Shown here: one piece after another, positions 11,801 to 21,496 of the stretch | Layout: each line of letters starts with the position of its first letter | How positions within the stretch are numbered: the first letter of the stretch is position 1 | Source of the DNA: Histomonas meleagridis 2922-C6/04-290x | Taxonomy: Eukaryota > Protista > Parabasalia | Reading direction: 5' to 3' | Assembly (NCBI GenBank): GCA_020184695.1 | Contig: JAANOX010000074.1 | Location: 1-64,000 of the forward strand | DNA: 64,000 nucleotides | The notes under the pieces: generated by a model | What the model was told of the DNA's origin: nothing | Databases searched by the model: none | What the model saw: only the letters and a program-made list of their open reading frames with translations | Translations under genes and position numbers: made by a program

Positions 11801-12402
11801 TTCAAGACAATTTTACAAAAGGCTACAAGATATGGGAATGTATATGACGGAAGTTTGGTGTTAAGATTAAAGTGTGTGATTACAGTTGCAATGGAATGAT
11901 TATCCCATTGAAATGAATTATCATTTAACGCACGTGTAAGTACATTTAGAAATAAAAATGTTATCGGGTAAACATAAGGACATTTTAAGCATAATGTGAT
12001 GGATGTGATTAAACATGAAAACATTTCGGAATTTAATTCCTTGTTGTTGTTTTCGGATTCGGTACAAAATAAAAATGATATAATTTGAAAGTATACAAAA
12101 TAAGCAAACTGATTCGAAAAGTTGGAATTAACTGTATTATCTTGGAGACTTTGAATATTAAAAGAATACTTGAAATGAATATTTTGTAGCGCTTTCTCAA
12201 TTGGAACATTTCGCGTAATTTCATTTCTGAAATTATAAATCACATTTTTTTCGTAAACAGGAATTTGTTGAATTAAATCAAAATCTTCTTGATGGAGATT
12301 TTGAGATGAATTTGTCATAAATTCGTGGAATGATGAAAATAAGTGAACCAATGGGTGAACTGCATTTCCAAGATCTGAAAAACGCTCAATGTCTCCCCAC
12401 AT
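5842..12402 (-). CDS. Large PH-BEACH-WD40 domain protein
   Basis: SNFEYIMLLNLFSGRTLNNPDIYPIFP, PEYFYMPE, LPKWA and LPNWIDSVFG BEACH motifs followed by a WD-like C-terminus. First ATG at 12402 (ORF track starts at a TTG at 12444). Confidence 0.85.
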   Translation of the reverse strand: MWGDIERFSDLGNAVHPLVHLFSSFHEFMTNSSQNLHQEDFDLIQQIPVYEKNVIYNFRNEITRNVPIEKALQNIHFKYSFNIQSLQDNTVNSNFSNQFAYFVYFQIISFLFCTESENNNKELNSEMFSCLITSITLCLKCPYVYPITFLFLNVLTRALNDNSFQWDNHSIATVITHFNLNTKLPSYTFPYLVAFCKIVLKCPQWSKNILELIEKLLTNRSQIFNDQDLSQIFKIIRPYFKEFNKDAFMIIKPMSNYKETKFLINEITNFPKYLLEYISKFPQSLNITQKEITDDCSLIYNQPTYAFDYVYVKKKFSSFPNGLRQLNLSFYGKQINLFLMLSEEVQRATNLLSKTMKTLNEQQFDALKKSLYEEFSNNLNNLDFIEVILQIIWDFPNLSESFFDLIIQSIIFDYKMNLFNDSIDPIINQFRNDIIKKLIHDKITLIPNLFFKMEQKPILFAETIGRIYLCINDNNIFDYFLDDSILASILGTSFKLQKMNIENNNKLIIEARNTIFLFVCIISRRNPKKCISSEAFVNLFFPYFMEDELSNIIFEIIKELSISSKFKKKEIDKLNPFINFFKFIIKKCIQFNDDENYLKIIRLISSSFIEIMKSNPIFTYALKPLSKYILEFIFKTPDISVIASELTILSYVSRITLNYQLNFLEFKSIFNIFNEFEEETKIKLLPNFMNLINGSTLTTFDDLYPIETPSFITLISSIYGITKMFPKILKHFYKLAKYSLHNIMAFHEGSFDLFMLKIIESQKEKCEFFFCGCKIQLILPDTYYETLIFPFLSLICDVISNYPSASEFCSLIFSAVKSKYIKTYLNFLTSTLIESNINPKIYYPIGKNEPIYQTTLPKNCFNNNNGFLIKFILKVDTNILSLNNSLIQVLSLESSNNTSFSLFLCLNSLYAKYEYSSLRTIVRLCDCFRWDKWTTVMINVKTVNENSVTLTTFLNNNLKADSDFCPIHLKNNINLIIGGINVNNKENKYKNRIFGLIGDIKIYPESYNVKNFKESNLSNNYIFDLQTIKTNNEIHSIKSLPLAIIECKCIKTFIEFFKEPKNITKETSRCVFTILKELLIYNEEAQLTFEYTKELYQYLLNSPELLDYYLFHSLLMIYDVITYENLKIEWFDQLIFNCLLWSQSNITTFSKILLLYSIEIIPQNLKHLKNKSYFKLFLSDYLNNYSKFNDNIKKLYIIILKKLALIYLDDNDIIDLFQECASCTIKEQIFSLLDIINIISSKLKTIPTISNQIVPLFKLLEFSDSDIYEPLIITIHELVPNLFHTYSYVIYDMINNNIKKQLFNSLLTKIKLYPNLYILLCILANEISKESKEKISEKLPKLINKDIYLCKDWFVWPITLCFNVDEIYKHHVCIFLAHFAINEMNSISKIVNFLSLFSNNNDLIYKFLNNIFAIINKKQTSLSQECCINCAENVFFHLYSTNYTNELIKEYNNSLFCDEIIKNDQKQNNLFVFNNIEQLYNITQYDINQLKHKFQLTLTENKTYKDINLMRLCLQFAQQKQTNKTLNIQMIIEFLLNKNNSQEIKFINEIDQIIDQMFNTFRTKFVTNFEDFKAETIRKINFAKHFLEKLQTEKIASTINLMKFQNNSKIIKTNSTLLRDYTFCQYYTQPKLKLKNFHQHYQFDENNNIIYEQKCILYTFSTIKECKFILDSQKIQLLHKFNCDIIQIKDIEMILKKAQPSFLEIFCKSGKSFLIDFSPTSTKKICQLINITPKQFFQNWTRSLQSNFEYIMLLNLFSGRTLNNPDIYPIFPSVISSFDVYKPKTNIKASISNPKIDLHSIDIENVINDKSLAPEYFYMPEIIKGKLPKWAPTMFHFVYMHRKILESSEISSQLPNWIDSVFGINSKPLMHKILFNKLHGNKFVSKSIKRLQYHLNLRKKIIKSFIIPNNNNNEIILIIITNMNTIRFFSLLNNRLQKLSKFKSVFISKDSKYFLLNDSLIIIKNNEINIYNKNGLKKTFLLNYSIINHSNNTLIYSKNYNIYLYNLLDNNVPNIIYRAKSQISCIELNNIFHVIAFGTFDCLIHIINSENGSDVTTFDLNGELAEDIIITDCWGFIVIRTDKHLIVLNINGNLIQKISISYKIMNWFKISSVDGFDYICVQNENGDFGVFEVIEPAIVSFLCKEENKKIVGICYNSILKCFVLLDDSNELIFLPFELPNAFPFEQ

Positions 12403-13017
12403 GAGCAACGATTGAAATTGAATGTTGACAAGTGTTGTCAACAAATAATTTTATTGGTTTACATTTGCCTAAAATTTGAGGGAGCATTGTGATGTAAAAA
12501 ACGGACGTTTAAAAAAATTATAATTGCACAAAGTTAAAAATGGTTTAATGATGGAAATTTCTCGAAACTTCTACCATAGATAGGACTCTATATCTATGAA
12601 CACATTTTTTTTGGGATTTCTTCATTACATTTTGGAGGAAAAGTGAAATTACGAAAAATGGAGCTCTGGTGATTTGTGTTGATGTTGTATAAATAAAACA
12701 ATATTTTTATTTATGGCAATGTGGCCGTATATAACTTCACCTTTTAAAACCTAATGTAGAAAAAGTTTAGATTTTAAGGTGTTCTGCCCGAGTGAATGAA
12801 TTATCATTTTTTATAGCAAAATGAAATTAATTTTAATTACATTTTGAAATAAAGAAAATTATGAAATTCCTTTAAATTTTGAAACTCGTATTCAATTTAT
12901 GCATTATAATGTGGAAGTCAATGCTTGAAATCGGATATTTAATTCCAATTTCCATCAAGAAAAAGTTTTATTCTTCAAAATCCTATCGAAATTATAGAAA
13001 AACCTGTATCGGCAATA

Positions 13018-13290
13018 TTAACGCGATACGTAGGTACGTACCCATTTCACTTCATCCCAATTTTTGATAAAGCAGGGTTCTGTAGGGTAATCGACGTCCA
13101 TTATTTCATTTTTATGATAACATTCTCCAACATAGAATGAATTATTGTTATTTGGATTTTTTAGGGAACAAATCATTGTACACTCGTTGATTGTTGGCTC
13201 ATCACCGCTTGAGATTCTGGAATTTATCGAGTATGTACCATTATCTATGATATCATGAATAACTACTTCTTGGTCTTTCGAGCCCAACAT
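13018..13290 (-). other. Short ORF or degraded gene fragment, unknown
   Basis: 90-aa ORF with protein-like composition, flanked by coding-like sequence containing stops; no family recognised. Confidence 0.25.
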
Positions 13291-13428
13291 ATAAGTTCAG
13301 CCCAAAACCTCTGGGAAAATGAGCTTATAGAAATCTAAGCACTTACTATAGTGTTCAAATTATAATTTTTGTGTGCGAGCTCGATATATATCAAAAAGTG
13401 GACTTTTGACATTTCTCTTTGGAAACAT

Positions 13429-15200
13429 ATGGGAAATAGTTCCAGTAAAAAGAAAACGCAGGTAAATTTTGATCAATCACATAAATATATGCTCCCAAAA
13501 TTTATGCAAGATTTAGAACATCTTGAAGAAGTTATTTTCGATTTGAGTGAAGATAATATTTTTGAATCTATCAATGCAACCATGAATATAATGACAAACG
13601 ACGATATATCACTTTACTCAAACTTAATTTTAAGTCAATTAATATATTCATCAATTGTTTCGCAAATGAAAGATTTTATATTATATATTGAATTCATGAA
13701 ACAAATTGAAAACAAAGAAAAAGAAATTAATAAAAGTAAATGTGAACTGATTAATATTTAACTTTTTACTTGAACAAGAAGTGATTAATTTTAATATTAT
13801 TTATTTGTTTTATTCGATATTTATAATAATAATTTTCTATTTCAAAATAATATTTGGAAATTCTTCAAATTATTTACTAAAGCATTTATATATGCATCTT
13901 CAAATGGTCATATAGGTATAATAAAATTACTTCTTGAACAAAAAAGATTTGATATCAATGTTAATACCACCGATATTTATTTGTTTCATTCAAAATTTGT
14001 TTTAATTAAATTATATTTCAAAATAATATTTGGAAATTCATTAATATACTTAGGAAAGCACTCATTTCGCCATATTTTAATGGTTATATTGAAATAGTTC
14101 AATTACTTCTTAAACAAATAGGAATTGATATTAATGTTGTCAATTATGTTTATTTGCTATATTTAAAATTTAAAGTAATAATTTGATATTTCAAAATAAT
14201 ATTTGGAAATTCATTAATATATTTAGGACGATACTTATTTTAGCAACTTTAATTGGTGATTTTGAAATGGTAAAACTACTTCTTGAACAAGAAAGAATTA
14301 ATGTTAATGCTAAAGATGTTTATTTGTCTTATTTAAAATATATATTAATAATTTGATATTTCAAAATAATATATGGAAATTATTTATAATATTTAAAACA
14401 TCACTCATGTATGCATTAAAAAATGGTTATACAAATATAGCTAAATTACTTCTCAAACAATCAAGAACCGATGTCAATGCTAAAGATATTTAAATGCTTT
14501 ATTAATTTATTTTAATAACTTTGGTATGTTTCACAATAATATTTGGAAATTTTTCAAAATAATTAGGCCAGGACATATTTTAGAAACTTTAAATGGTAAT
14601 TTTGAAATGGTAAAATTACTTCTTGAACAAGAAGGATTTGACATTAATGCTAAAGATATTTAAATGCTTTATTTATAATATGTTTTAATAAATTTATATT
14701 TCAAAATAATATTTGGAAATTATTCAAATTATTTAAAACAGCACTTATGAAAGCATCTGAAAATGGTCACACTAAAATAGTTCAATTAATTCATAAAAAA
14801 TTAGGAAAAGACACCAATGATAAAGATATTTAAATGCTTTATTTTCACTTTATTTTAATAATTTAGTGTTTGAAAATAATATTTGAAAAATATTTCAAAT
14901 ATTTTATACAGCACTTATGTAGGATTTAAAAATGGTCATATAAAAATATTTCTTTTTTACCAAGAAGGAATCGAAATTAATGCTAAAATTATTTTAATGC
15001 GATATTTAATATTTATTTAAATAATTGAAAATTGTGTATTTATTTATATTATATGATAAAGCACATATGATTGCCTCTAGAAAAGCTCACAAAAATGGTT
15101 CAACTACTTCTTACAAAAAAGGATTTGATAATGATACTAAATCCTTTAATGCATAATAATTATTTAAATAATTTCATTTTTCAAAATAAAATTTCATGAT
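13429..15200 (+). pseudogene. Locus A: internally deleted, decayed ankyrin-cassette gene
   Basis: N-terminal ORF (MGNSSSKKK...KEKEINKSKCELINI*) is homologous to the N-termini at 35.4 kb and 56.1 kb, then joins directly to LLLEQE of an ankyrin block at ~13760. Six open ankyrin blocks follow; the blocks from 14908 on are frameshifted. Confidence 0.75.
13799..14907 (+). repeat. Ankyrin block + 80-nt spacer tandem array (locus A)
   Basis: Spacers at 13799-13878, 13975-14054, 14148-14227, 14318-14397, 14488-14567, 14658-14737 and 14828-14907, each 80 nt, with the shared TTTCAAAATAATATTTGGAAAT motif. Confidence 0.92.
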
Positions 15201-15433
15201 TAAGAGATATAAACAAAATTTATTCGATTCGAATATGTTATTATAGTTTATGTGTATGATTAACATTCTTCTTTCAAAATTAACGAAAGAATTTATTAAA
15301 AATTAATCAATGAAGGAAACAATACATTATATGCAACTGAGGAAAAAGCAGTTTGACCTACAAAAACGTATTTCAAACAAACGAAACATAAAACGTGCGA
15401 AAATATTTGAAGTATCATTAGCTTTACTCATGA

Positions 15434-17113
15434 TCAGTTCATTCCCATCATTTGTGCCTGCTGTGCCTGTGCCATTGCTGTATTTTCCTCCAATTTCTGT
15501 GTGACAGACTTCTTATTTACCGGGTTTCCATTTTCATCTCTTTTGATTAGACCAGAGACAATATCATCGACTCTTAACAATGAAATTGCGCATTCGAAAG
15601 CGGTCTTATATACCTGCGACTTAACAGCTAATGTATCCCAAACATTAATCTTTCTCATGTCCTCAATTTCGCCAGTTAATCCATTGATGCCCATATAATA
15701 TTTGTTTGGATCTTCGGAATGTATTGACCTTAATTTCGTAAGTACTTTCATTGGCGAAGCGCCGCAATTTTGTATCAATGTACGTGGAATAACTTCAAAT
15801 GCTACTGCCGCTGCGCTGTATGCCATTTGTTCTATTGAGTCCAATTGTGCGCATTTCTTCCTTAATGCTGCTGACACTGATACTTCAGTAGCACCGCCGC
15901 CAGGTAATAGCGATGGCTCCTTAAGTAAATTCTTCGCAACTTTTAACGCGTCGTCCATAATACGGAACATTTCCAATAGTACATCCTTTGTTGGGCCGCG
16001 TAATAACATTGTGCATGCTTTCGGATTCTCGCATTGATCAAAGACTGACCACCATTCGTCGCCAAACTTACGGCATTCGTATAATCCGCATTTTGTACCT
16101 AAATCAGATTCAACTGCTTCATGTGGATCTGAGACAATTGTCGCGCCACAACATAATGCGATTCGATCCAAATGTACTTTTTGGAATCTTCTTAATGCTG
16201 TGATTCCGGCCTCACTTAAGTAATGTAATGCCAAATCGCTGACGCCTTTTTCAGCTAACACTAAGTCACAGCCTGTTGCAATGACTGCGTCACAAAGGTC
16301 TTTGACTTGCGCTTCTTCTTCTGCTAATACATTTGCGTAATCATTTTCACCACTGATTTCTATGTTGGTAATACTTTCGCCTTTACGATATTCTAATCCA
16401 CAATCGAGAATTAAAATCTTTGGATGTTCAATACGACGACGCATGTTTGAATGTAAGACATCTTTGTTGATCATTGTGCCTTTCATAACATATGAATCTT
16501 CGATTTCTCCGCCCGGAATACGTTCAATTCGAAGGTTACGTTTAAGGTCAACGGTTCCGTCGTCGGTTTTGATCGTTCTGACAGCATCGAGCGCTAATTT
16601 CGCAATTAAGTCGGACCATCTTGATAAGAACTTGGTGCCAATTGCGGATTTGATGATGCCAAGCATTTCGGCATCACTTGTATTGTCAATTGGTTTTTTG
16701 ATTGTTTTAAGATGTTCAAGTGCATCATCAAGTGCTTTACGTAAACCTGAAATAAGAACATGTGGATGAATGCCATCTTTAACATGCTTCTCAAGAACAG
16801 AAAGAAGTTCGCCAGCAAGAACAACAACTGAAGTTGTACCATCACCAACTTCTTCATCTTGCCCACGTGCAAGTTCGATAATAGATTTAGCAGCAGGATG
16901 TCCAACATCAATTTCACGAAGAATTGAGTTTCCATCATTTGTAATAACAAGTGTACCCATTGAATCAAGGATCATTTTAAGCATTGCTTGAGGTCCAAGA
17001 CATGTACGAATAACATCAGCTGTAGTTTTTGCTGCTGCTATACAGGATAGTTGAGCTTTGCGGCCTGTGTCCCTTTTTGTTGTTTGATTGAGTACAATAA
17101 TCGGGGATTGCAT
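15434..17113 (-). CDS. CCT3: T-complex protein 1 subunit gamma (CCT chaperonin)
   Basis: [56 protein letters not shown] and PGGGATE; N-terminus typical of the gamma subunit. Confidence 0.93.
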   Translation of the reverse strand: MQSPIIVLNQTTKRDTGRKAQLSCIAAAKTTADVIRTCLGPQAMLKMILDSMGTLVITNDGNSILREIDVGHPAAKSIIELARGQDEEVGDGTTSVVVLAGELLSVLEKHVKDGIHPHVLISGLRKALDDALEHLKTIKKPIDNTSDAEMLGIIKSAIGTKFLSRWSDLIAKLALDAVRTIKTDDGTVDLKRNLRIERIPGGEIEDSYVMKGTMINKDVLHSNMRRRIEHPKILILDCGLEYRKGESITNIEISGENDYANVLAEEEAQVKDLCDAVIATGCDLVLAEKGVSDLALHYLSEAGITALRRFQKVHLDRIALCCGATIVSDPHEAVESDLGTKCGLYECRKFGDEWWSVFDQCENPKACTMLLRGPTKDVLLEMFRIMDDALKVAKNLLKEPSLLPGGGATEVSVSAALRKKCAQLDSIEQMAYSAAAVAFEVIPRTLIQNCGASPMKVLTKLRSIHSEDPNKYYMGINGLTGEIEDMRKINVWDTLAVKSQVYKTAFECAISLLRVDDIVSGLIKRDENGNPVNKKSVTQKLEENTAMAQAQQAQMMGMN

Positions 17114-17195
17114 TGTGGCCAGACAATTATAGAAGGAAAATAAACGTTCTCTATTTACACAAAAAGTGATTCGTAAAAAGTGATGTTTTCAACAT

Positions 17196-19919
17196 ATGGA
17201 AATAGAAAAGCAATTAATACCACATTTCCCTCCTCCTTTTTCCCATGAAAATGCTAACGCATGTGATTTTGGGATTTGTGGTGTTATAGCTGTGGCTTCT
17301 GGTGGTTGCGTTCATTTTTCATATCTTGAAAATAAATCAATTATTCGTGCTTATTCGGTAGTATTGTCAAATAATATTATAACAGCTTTAAAATTCCATC
17401 CTAGAGAAAGATATATTGCTGTTGGAGATAAAAAAGGATCAATTGTTTTATTTAATATTGATAATAGATCAACAATTTCTTCTTATTCATCAAAAGAAGA
17501 AAATCCCGTTTATGCACTTGAGTGGAATCAAAACATTTTAATGGTTTTACATGCTAACAAAAATTTTTCAGGATTTACATATTCCGAATCATCAGTTCAC
17601 CCAAACAGTAAGTCACATGACTTTTTTGAAGTATGGAAAGTTCAACTCCCAGAAGAGTATACTAAAATGTTAATTGATCCAATCTTTAATCAATACATAT
17701 TATTTAGTGGATTTAATTCTTCTTTCTGCATTTTCTATATTCGAAGTGTTAGTGATGATCCAAAAATATTTCTTCGACAAGTTACGATAAATGGTGCTAA
17801 AAACATTGTTGAAGCCAAATGGTCTCTTCATCTTCCATATTATACTTTTCTTCTTCTCGAGTCTGAACTTTTTCTTTTTAATATTAATACACAAGGTATT
17901 ACATCAGTTACTCCACATCAACAATCTCAATCATCATTTCGATTTCTACTTCAATTTCCATCTGATCATCGGAAGCTTTATGCATTTCATCAATCCGGCA
18001 CCATTTCTGTATTTCATATCAGCGATCCTTTTAATCTTGATTTTCAACGCGAAATCATCTTTACGCAAAAGTGCCAGGAGTTCGTTAATTTTTGTGTTTC
18101 ACCAATTGATGAATCATTTTTAATATTATGGTTTGTTCCATTAGGCTTAGCATTTTTTGATATATCACTTAACAAAATCATTTCATTATGTTCATTATTT
18201 ATTCGAAAGATTGTTGCGTTTAGTACTGATGAAATTTCACTAGTTTATTCCACCGATAAAGGCGAAATTGTATGTAGTGATTTATTTGATATTCGTCGGA
18301 CACAAATCTTTAAAGCTACGAATCAACCAATTTTATTTGTATCTATTTGTACAGCCTTAAATCAAGTTTTTTGGCATTCATCAGATCAAATTGGATTAAT
18401 TGATTTAGCATCACGAACAGTAAAATATTTAAGTAATAAAGCAACAAAAATCATTAAAGCTCGAGGCTCATTTCAAGGAGGTTTTATAGTACAAAGGTCA
18501 CAAAATATTTTGGGATTATTTATTAATAACAAAGAAAAAATACTTTTACTTAACTCGAATATTATTGATTTTTGTTTTAATGAGAATAACGCATCTGTTG
18601 AGAGTGGACAATTTTGTGTTCTTTTAGATGTGAATGAGATTGTTGTCTATAATTATGAGAATGAAAAAGGTATTATACCTTATCAACGATTTAAAAACAT
18701 TTTTATAGGCAATGTATTACATACTAATTTGTTTTGGTATGACTTAAAAATTATCGCCGGTACACAAGAAGGCGATGTGATTGTGTTTAACTTGAAAGAA
18801 AAGAAAATGATAACACAAAACATATCGAAAGTTGGTATTAAAAGAATACATATGTTAAACGACGGATTTATAATGGGAATTAATGGGAATAATCATTTGT
18901 TTGTTGGATTAAAAAATATGTTTTTGGTTAAATCGAAAATATTACAATTTTATCCATTTTCTAAAAATTTGATTTTGATACTTTCTGCAAATGGTTATTT
19001 ACATTTCATTTGTGGAAATGATTTTTCTTCACTTTCATTGAAGTCAAATCTATTTCATATTCCGACTAAAGAATATTTCATTTCTCAAAAATTATTAGAA
19101 CCTAATAAGAATCATTACTTTTCTAAAGACGCAAGAGACGCTTGGCTTTTACTTAATAAAAAGATTCCGTTAAGACAAATAGAGCTGTCAACCGTTGACG
19201 ATAACAAGTTAAGCTTTGAAAAAATTCAATTGTATTTGATCGATAATTCAAGTTTGAGTGAGCCCCAAAAACGACCGTTAATGTTCTCGTTATACCTTTA
19301 TTCAAATAATTTCGAAGAAGCTGCTAAAATATTAAATACAGTACAAACTTATGAAAGCTCATTCTTAAGTGATGTGATTTTGTCGGCTCTTATCTCAGGA
19401 GTGGTAGAAAATATTAATGAAAAACAAATGATGACATTAAAAATGGCTGCATTATCACTTTTTGCTTCTAAAAGATTCGAAGATGGAGCAATGTTACTTA
19501 AACTTGCAAGACTTGATAGGATTGCTGTTGATTATCTATTTGAGAATGATCAGATATCATTAGCAATGAAGTTCATAGGAAATATGGAAAACAAAGAAGA
19601 GAAAAAAGAACTTCTTTTGAGGTTTGGAGGGTATTTAATGAAGCATGGTCAGATTCATGAATCGATTCCATTTTTTGCGAGCTGTGGAGAGTTTCATTCG
19701 CTATTATATGCGTTATATTCCATGAGAGAAATAGCCGACTGCTTCTTTATAAAGAGATATGCAGAGAAAAATGGATTGCTTCAACCATTAAATGGTAATA
19801 TAGCAAAGTCAATCGGAAATATTATGGGACTAGAGGAACTGTGTCATATTATTGATGCTGAATTTAAGGCTTCGATGTCATCTGCGAATTTTGATTTGTC
19901 CAAATTATGTGATATTTAA
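17196..19919 (+). CDS. WD40-repeat protein, WDR11-like
   Basis: N-terminus NANACDFGICGVIAVASGG resembles WDR11; beta-propeller composition and a helical C-terminus. Confidence 0.65.
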   Translation: MEIEKQLIPHFPPPFSHENANACDFGICGVIAVASGGCVHFSYLENKSIIRAYSVVLSNNIITALKFHPRERYIAVGDKKGSIVLFNIDNRSTISSYSSKEENPVYALEWNQNILMVLHANKNFSGFTYSESSVHPNSKSHDFFEVWKVQLPEEYTKMLIDPIFNQYILFSGFNSSFCIFYIRSVSDDPKIFLRQVTINGAKNIVEAKWSLHLPYYTFLLLESELFLFNINTQGITSVTPHQQSQSSFRFLLQFPSDHRKLYAFHQSGTISVFHISDPFNLDFQREIIFTQKCQEFVNFCVSPIDESFLILWFVPLGLAFFDISLNKIISLCSLFIRKIVAFSTDEISLVYSTDKGEIVCSDLFDIRRTQIFKATNQPILFVSICTALNQVFWHSSDQIGLIDLASRTVKYLSNKATKIIKARGSFQGGFIVQRSQNILGLFINNKEKILLLNSNIIDFCFNENNASVESGQFCVLLDVNEIVVYNYENEKGIIPYQRFKNIFIGNVLHTNLFWYDLKIIAGTQEGDVIVFNLKEKKMITQNISKVGIKRIHMLNDGFIMGINGNNHLFVGLKNMFLVKSKILQFYPFSKNLILILSANGYLHFICGNDFSSLSLKSNLFHIPTKEYFISQKLLEPNKNHYFSKDARDAWLLLNKKIPLRQIELSTVDDNKLSFEKIQLYLIDNSSLSEPQKRPLMFSLYLYSNNFEEAAKILNTVQTYESSFLSDVILSALISGVVENINEKQMMTLKMAALSLFASKRFEDGAMLLKLARLDRIAVDYLFENDQISLAMKFIGNMENKEEKKELLLRFGGYLMKHGQIHESIPFFASCGEFHSLLYALYSMREIADCFFIKRYAEKNGLLQPLNGNIAKSIGNIMGLEELCHIIDAEFKASMSSANFDLSKLCDI

Positions 19920-20277
19920 AACATGAATTATAAACATTTTTATTTCTTAAAAGGCGACGTGTTTAGTTAAAGAATTTGTTTGTAAATCCAAATTAAAAAA
20001 AAAAAATAGTGAAAATTAAAACACAAAGTAATACGATAAATTTTAAACAGCTTTGACATTGTAACATATCTCAAAAAGATAACCCATGGAAAAAAAATAA
20101 ACACTTTTATTTAAATGGTATTTTTTTCTTGAGCAGTGGCACAAATTTTTTTTTCATGTCGGACCTTTGGCATTTAAAATTGAGAACCCAACATTCAAAA
20201 AAACCAACCAGAACATAAAATTCGATTGAATTGTATCTGAAATACGGAAAAAGTGGTTGAAAAGTGGCACTTTAAAA

Positions 20278-20904
20278 ATGGGAGATGAAGCACCAAAATT
20301 TAAGGTCGTTTTCGTAGGTGATACCACAGTTGGGAAGACATCAATTATACAGAAGTATCTCAACATTAATCAGACAATTACTTCAACACTAGGAGCTACT
20401 TCAACAAGAATTGACGCTAATTTCAACGATTTTGATATGATTATGAATGTATGGGATACAGCTGGACAAGACTCTTTTAGGAACTTAGTTCCTGTTTATG
20501 CCAAAGGTTCACATGCAGTTGTTATCGTATTTGACGTTTCAAATAAATCTACGTATGATCACTTAAATGATTGGTACAATTATCTTACACAACATGTGCA
20601 ACACTTCAAGTGCGTTGTAGTTGCAAATAAAATAGATAAAAATTGCGAAATAAATTTTGAAGATGCTTATAGCTGGGCATCCGAGCACAATGCAGAATTA
20701 ATTAAGACTTCTGCCGTTGATGGAACTAATATAGAAGCCGTTTTTGAAACAATTTCAAAATTATTATATGAACGTTTTCATGAAAAAAATGATGTTGAAA
20801 CAACTGAAAAAGGCGAGGAAAAGAAAGAGAAAGAACCAGACGCTACCAAAGAAGTTGACATCAACCAAAAAGAAAAAGAAAAGAAAGGTGGATGTAGTTG
20901 TTAA
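20278..20904 (+). CDS. Rab-family small GTPase
   Basis: GDTTVGKTS, WDTAGQD, NKID and TSA motifs; C-terminal GGCSC prenylation signal; ATG at 20278. Confidence 0.93.
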   Translation: MGDEAPKFKVVFVGDTTVGKTSIIQKYLNINQTITSTLGATSTRIDANFNDFDMIMNVWDTAGQDSFRNLVPVYAKGSHAVVIVFDVSNKSTYDHLNDWYNYLTQHVQHFKCVVVANKIDKNCEINFEDAYSWASEHNAELIKTSAVDGTNIEAVFETISKLLYERFHEKNDVETTEKGEEKKEKEPDATKEVDINQKEKEKKGGCSC

Positions 20905-21496
20905 CAAATACCAAATGCCAATAAAAAGAAAATGTTTTTTGCGTTTATAAAAAGGGAAAATATTTCATTTTCATTTTTTTAGTTTATCAAAACGATCGAT
21001 GAAGTTTCATCGTCAAAAATAGTGCAAACTCAACTGGCAACCGTTTGTAAATTTTGCCGAACTGCGTTTTGTTTGCAAAATTCAATTAAAAGAAGGCATT
21101 ATTTGAGCGAAGATTTTGTTTTTTGCGACGACACATTATTTGTAAACTTTTCAAAAACACAAAACCACAAAACGTTTGCGGTCAACCGCAAAAAATAATT
21201 CAGCCAAAAAGCATTATTTGATCGCAGAGATCAAGAGAAAGCACTTATCCTGGATGCACAACACTTAACCAAACCCCACTCAGCCATGTTTGAACTTATA
21301 CCATCCAATTTATTCATTCATCATATTAAATATTCACCAGATTGACAACAAGGCCAAAATCTTATTCTCTAAAACACTCAACAAGAATAATGCTCATAAA
21401 GAACTGAAAGAAAAACAAAAACAATTTCCCTAATATTGTTTTATTTAATTTTTCAAACAGTTTATATATTAATATACTATCAAACAACGCACTCTA

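Noticed and set aside
13799-14907. 170-nt periodic repeats as a CRISPR array
   Set aside because: Eukaryotic context, no cas genes, and the intervening sequences are ankyrin-coding blocks rather than unique spacers.
15501-16991. Several 65-135 aa ORFs overlapping CCT3
   Set aside because: Antisense or alternate-frame shadows of a conserved gene.
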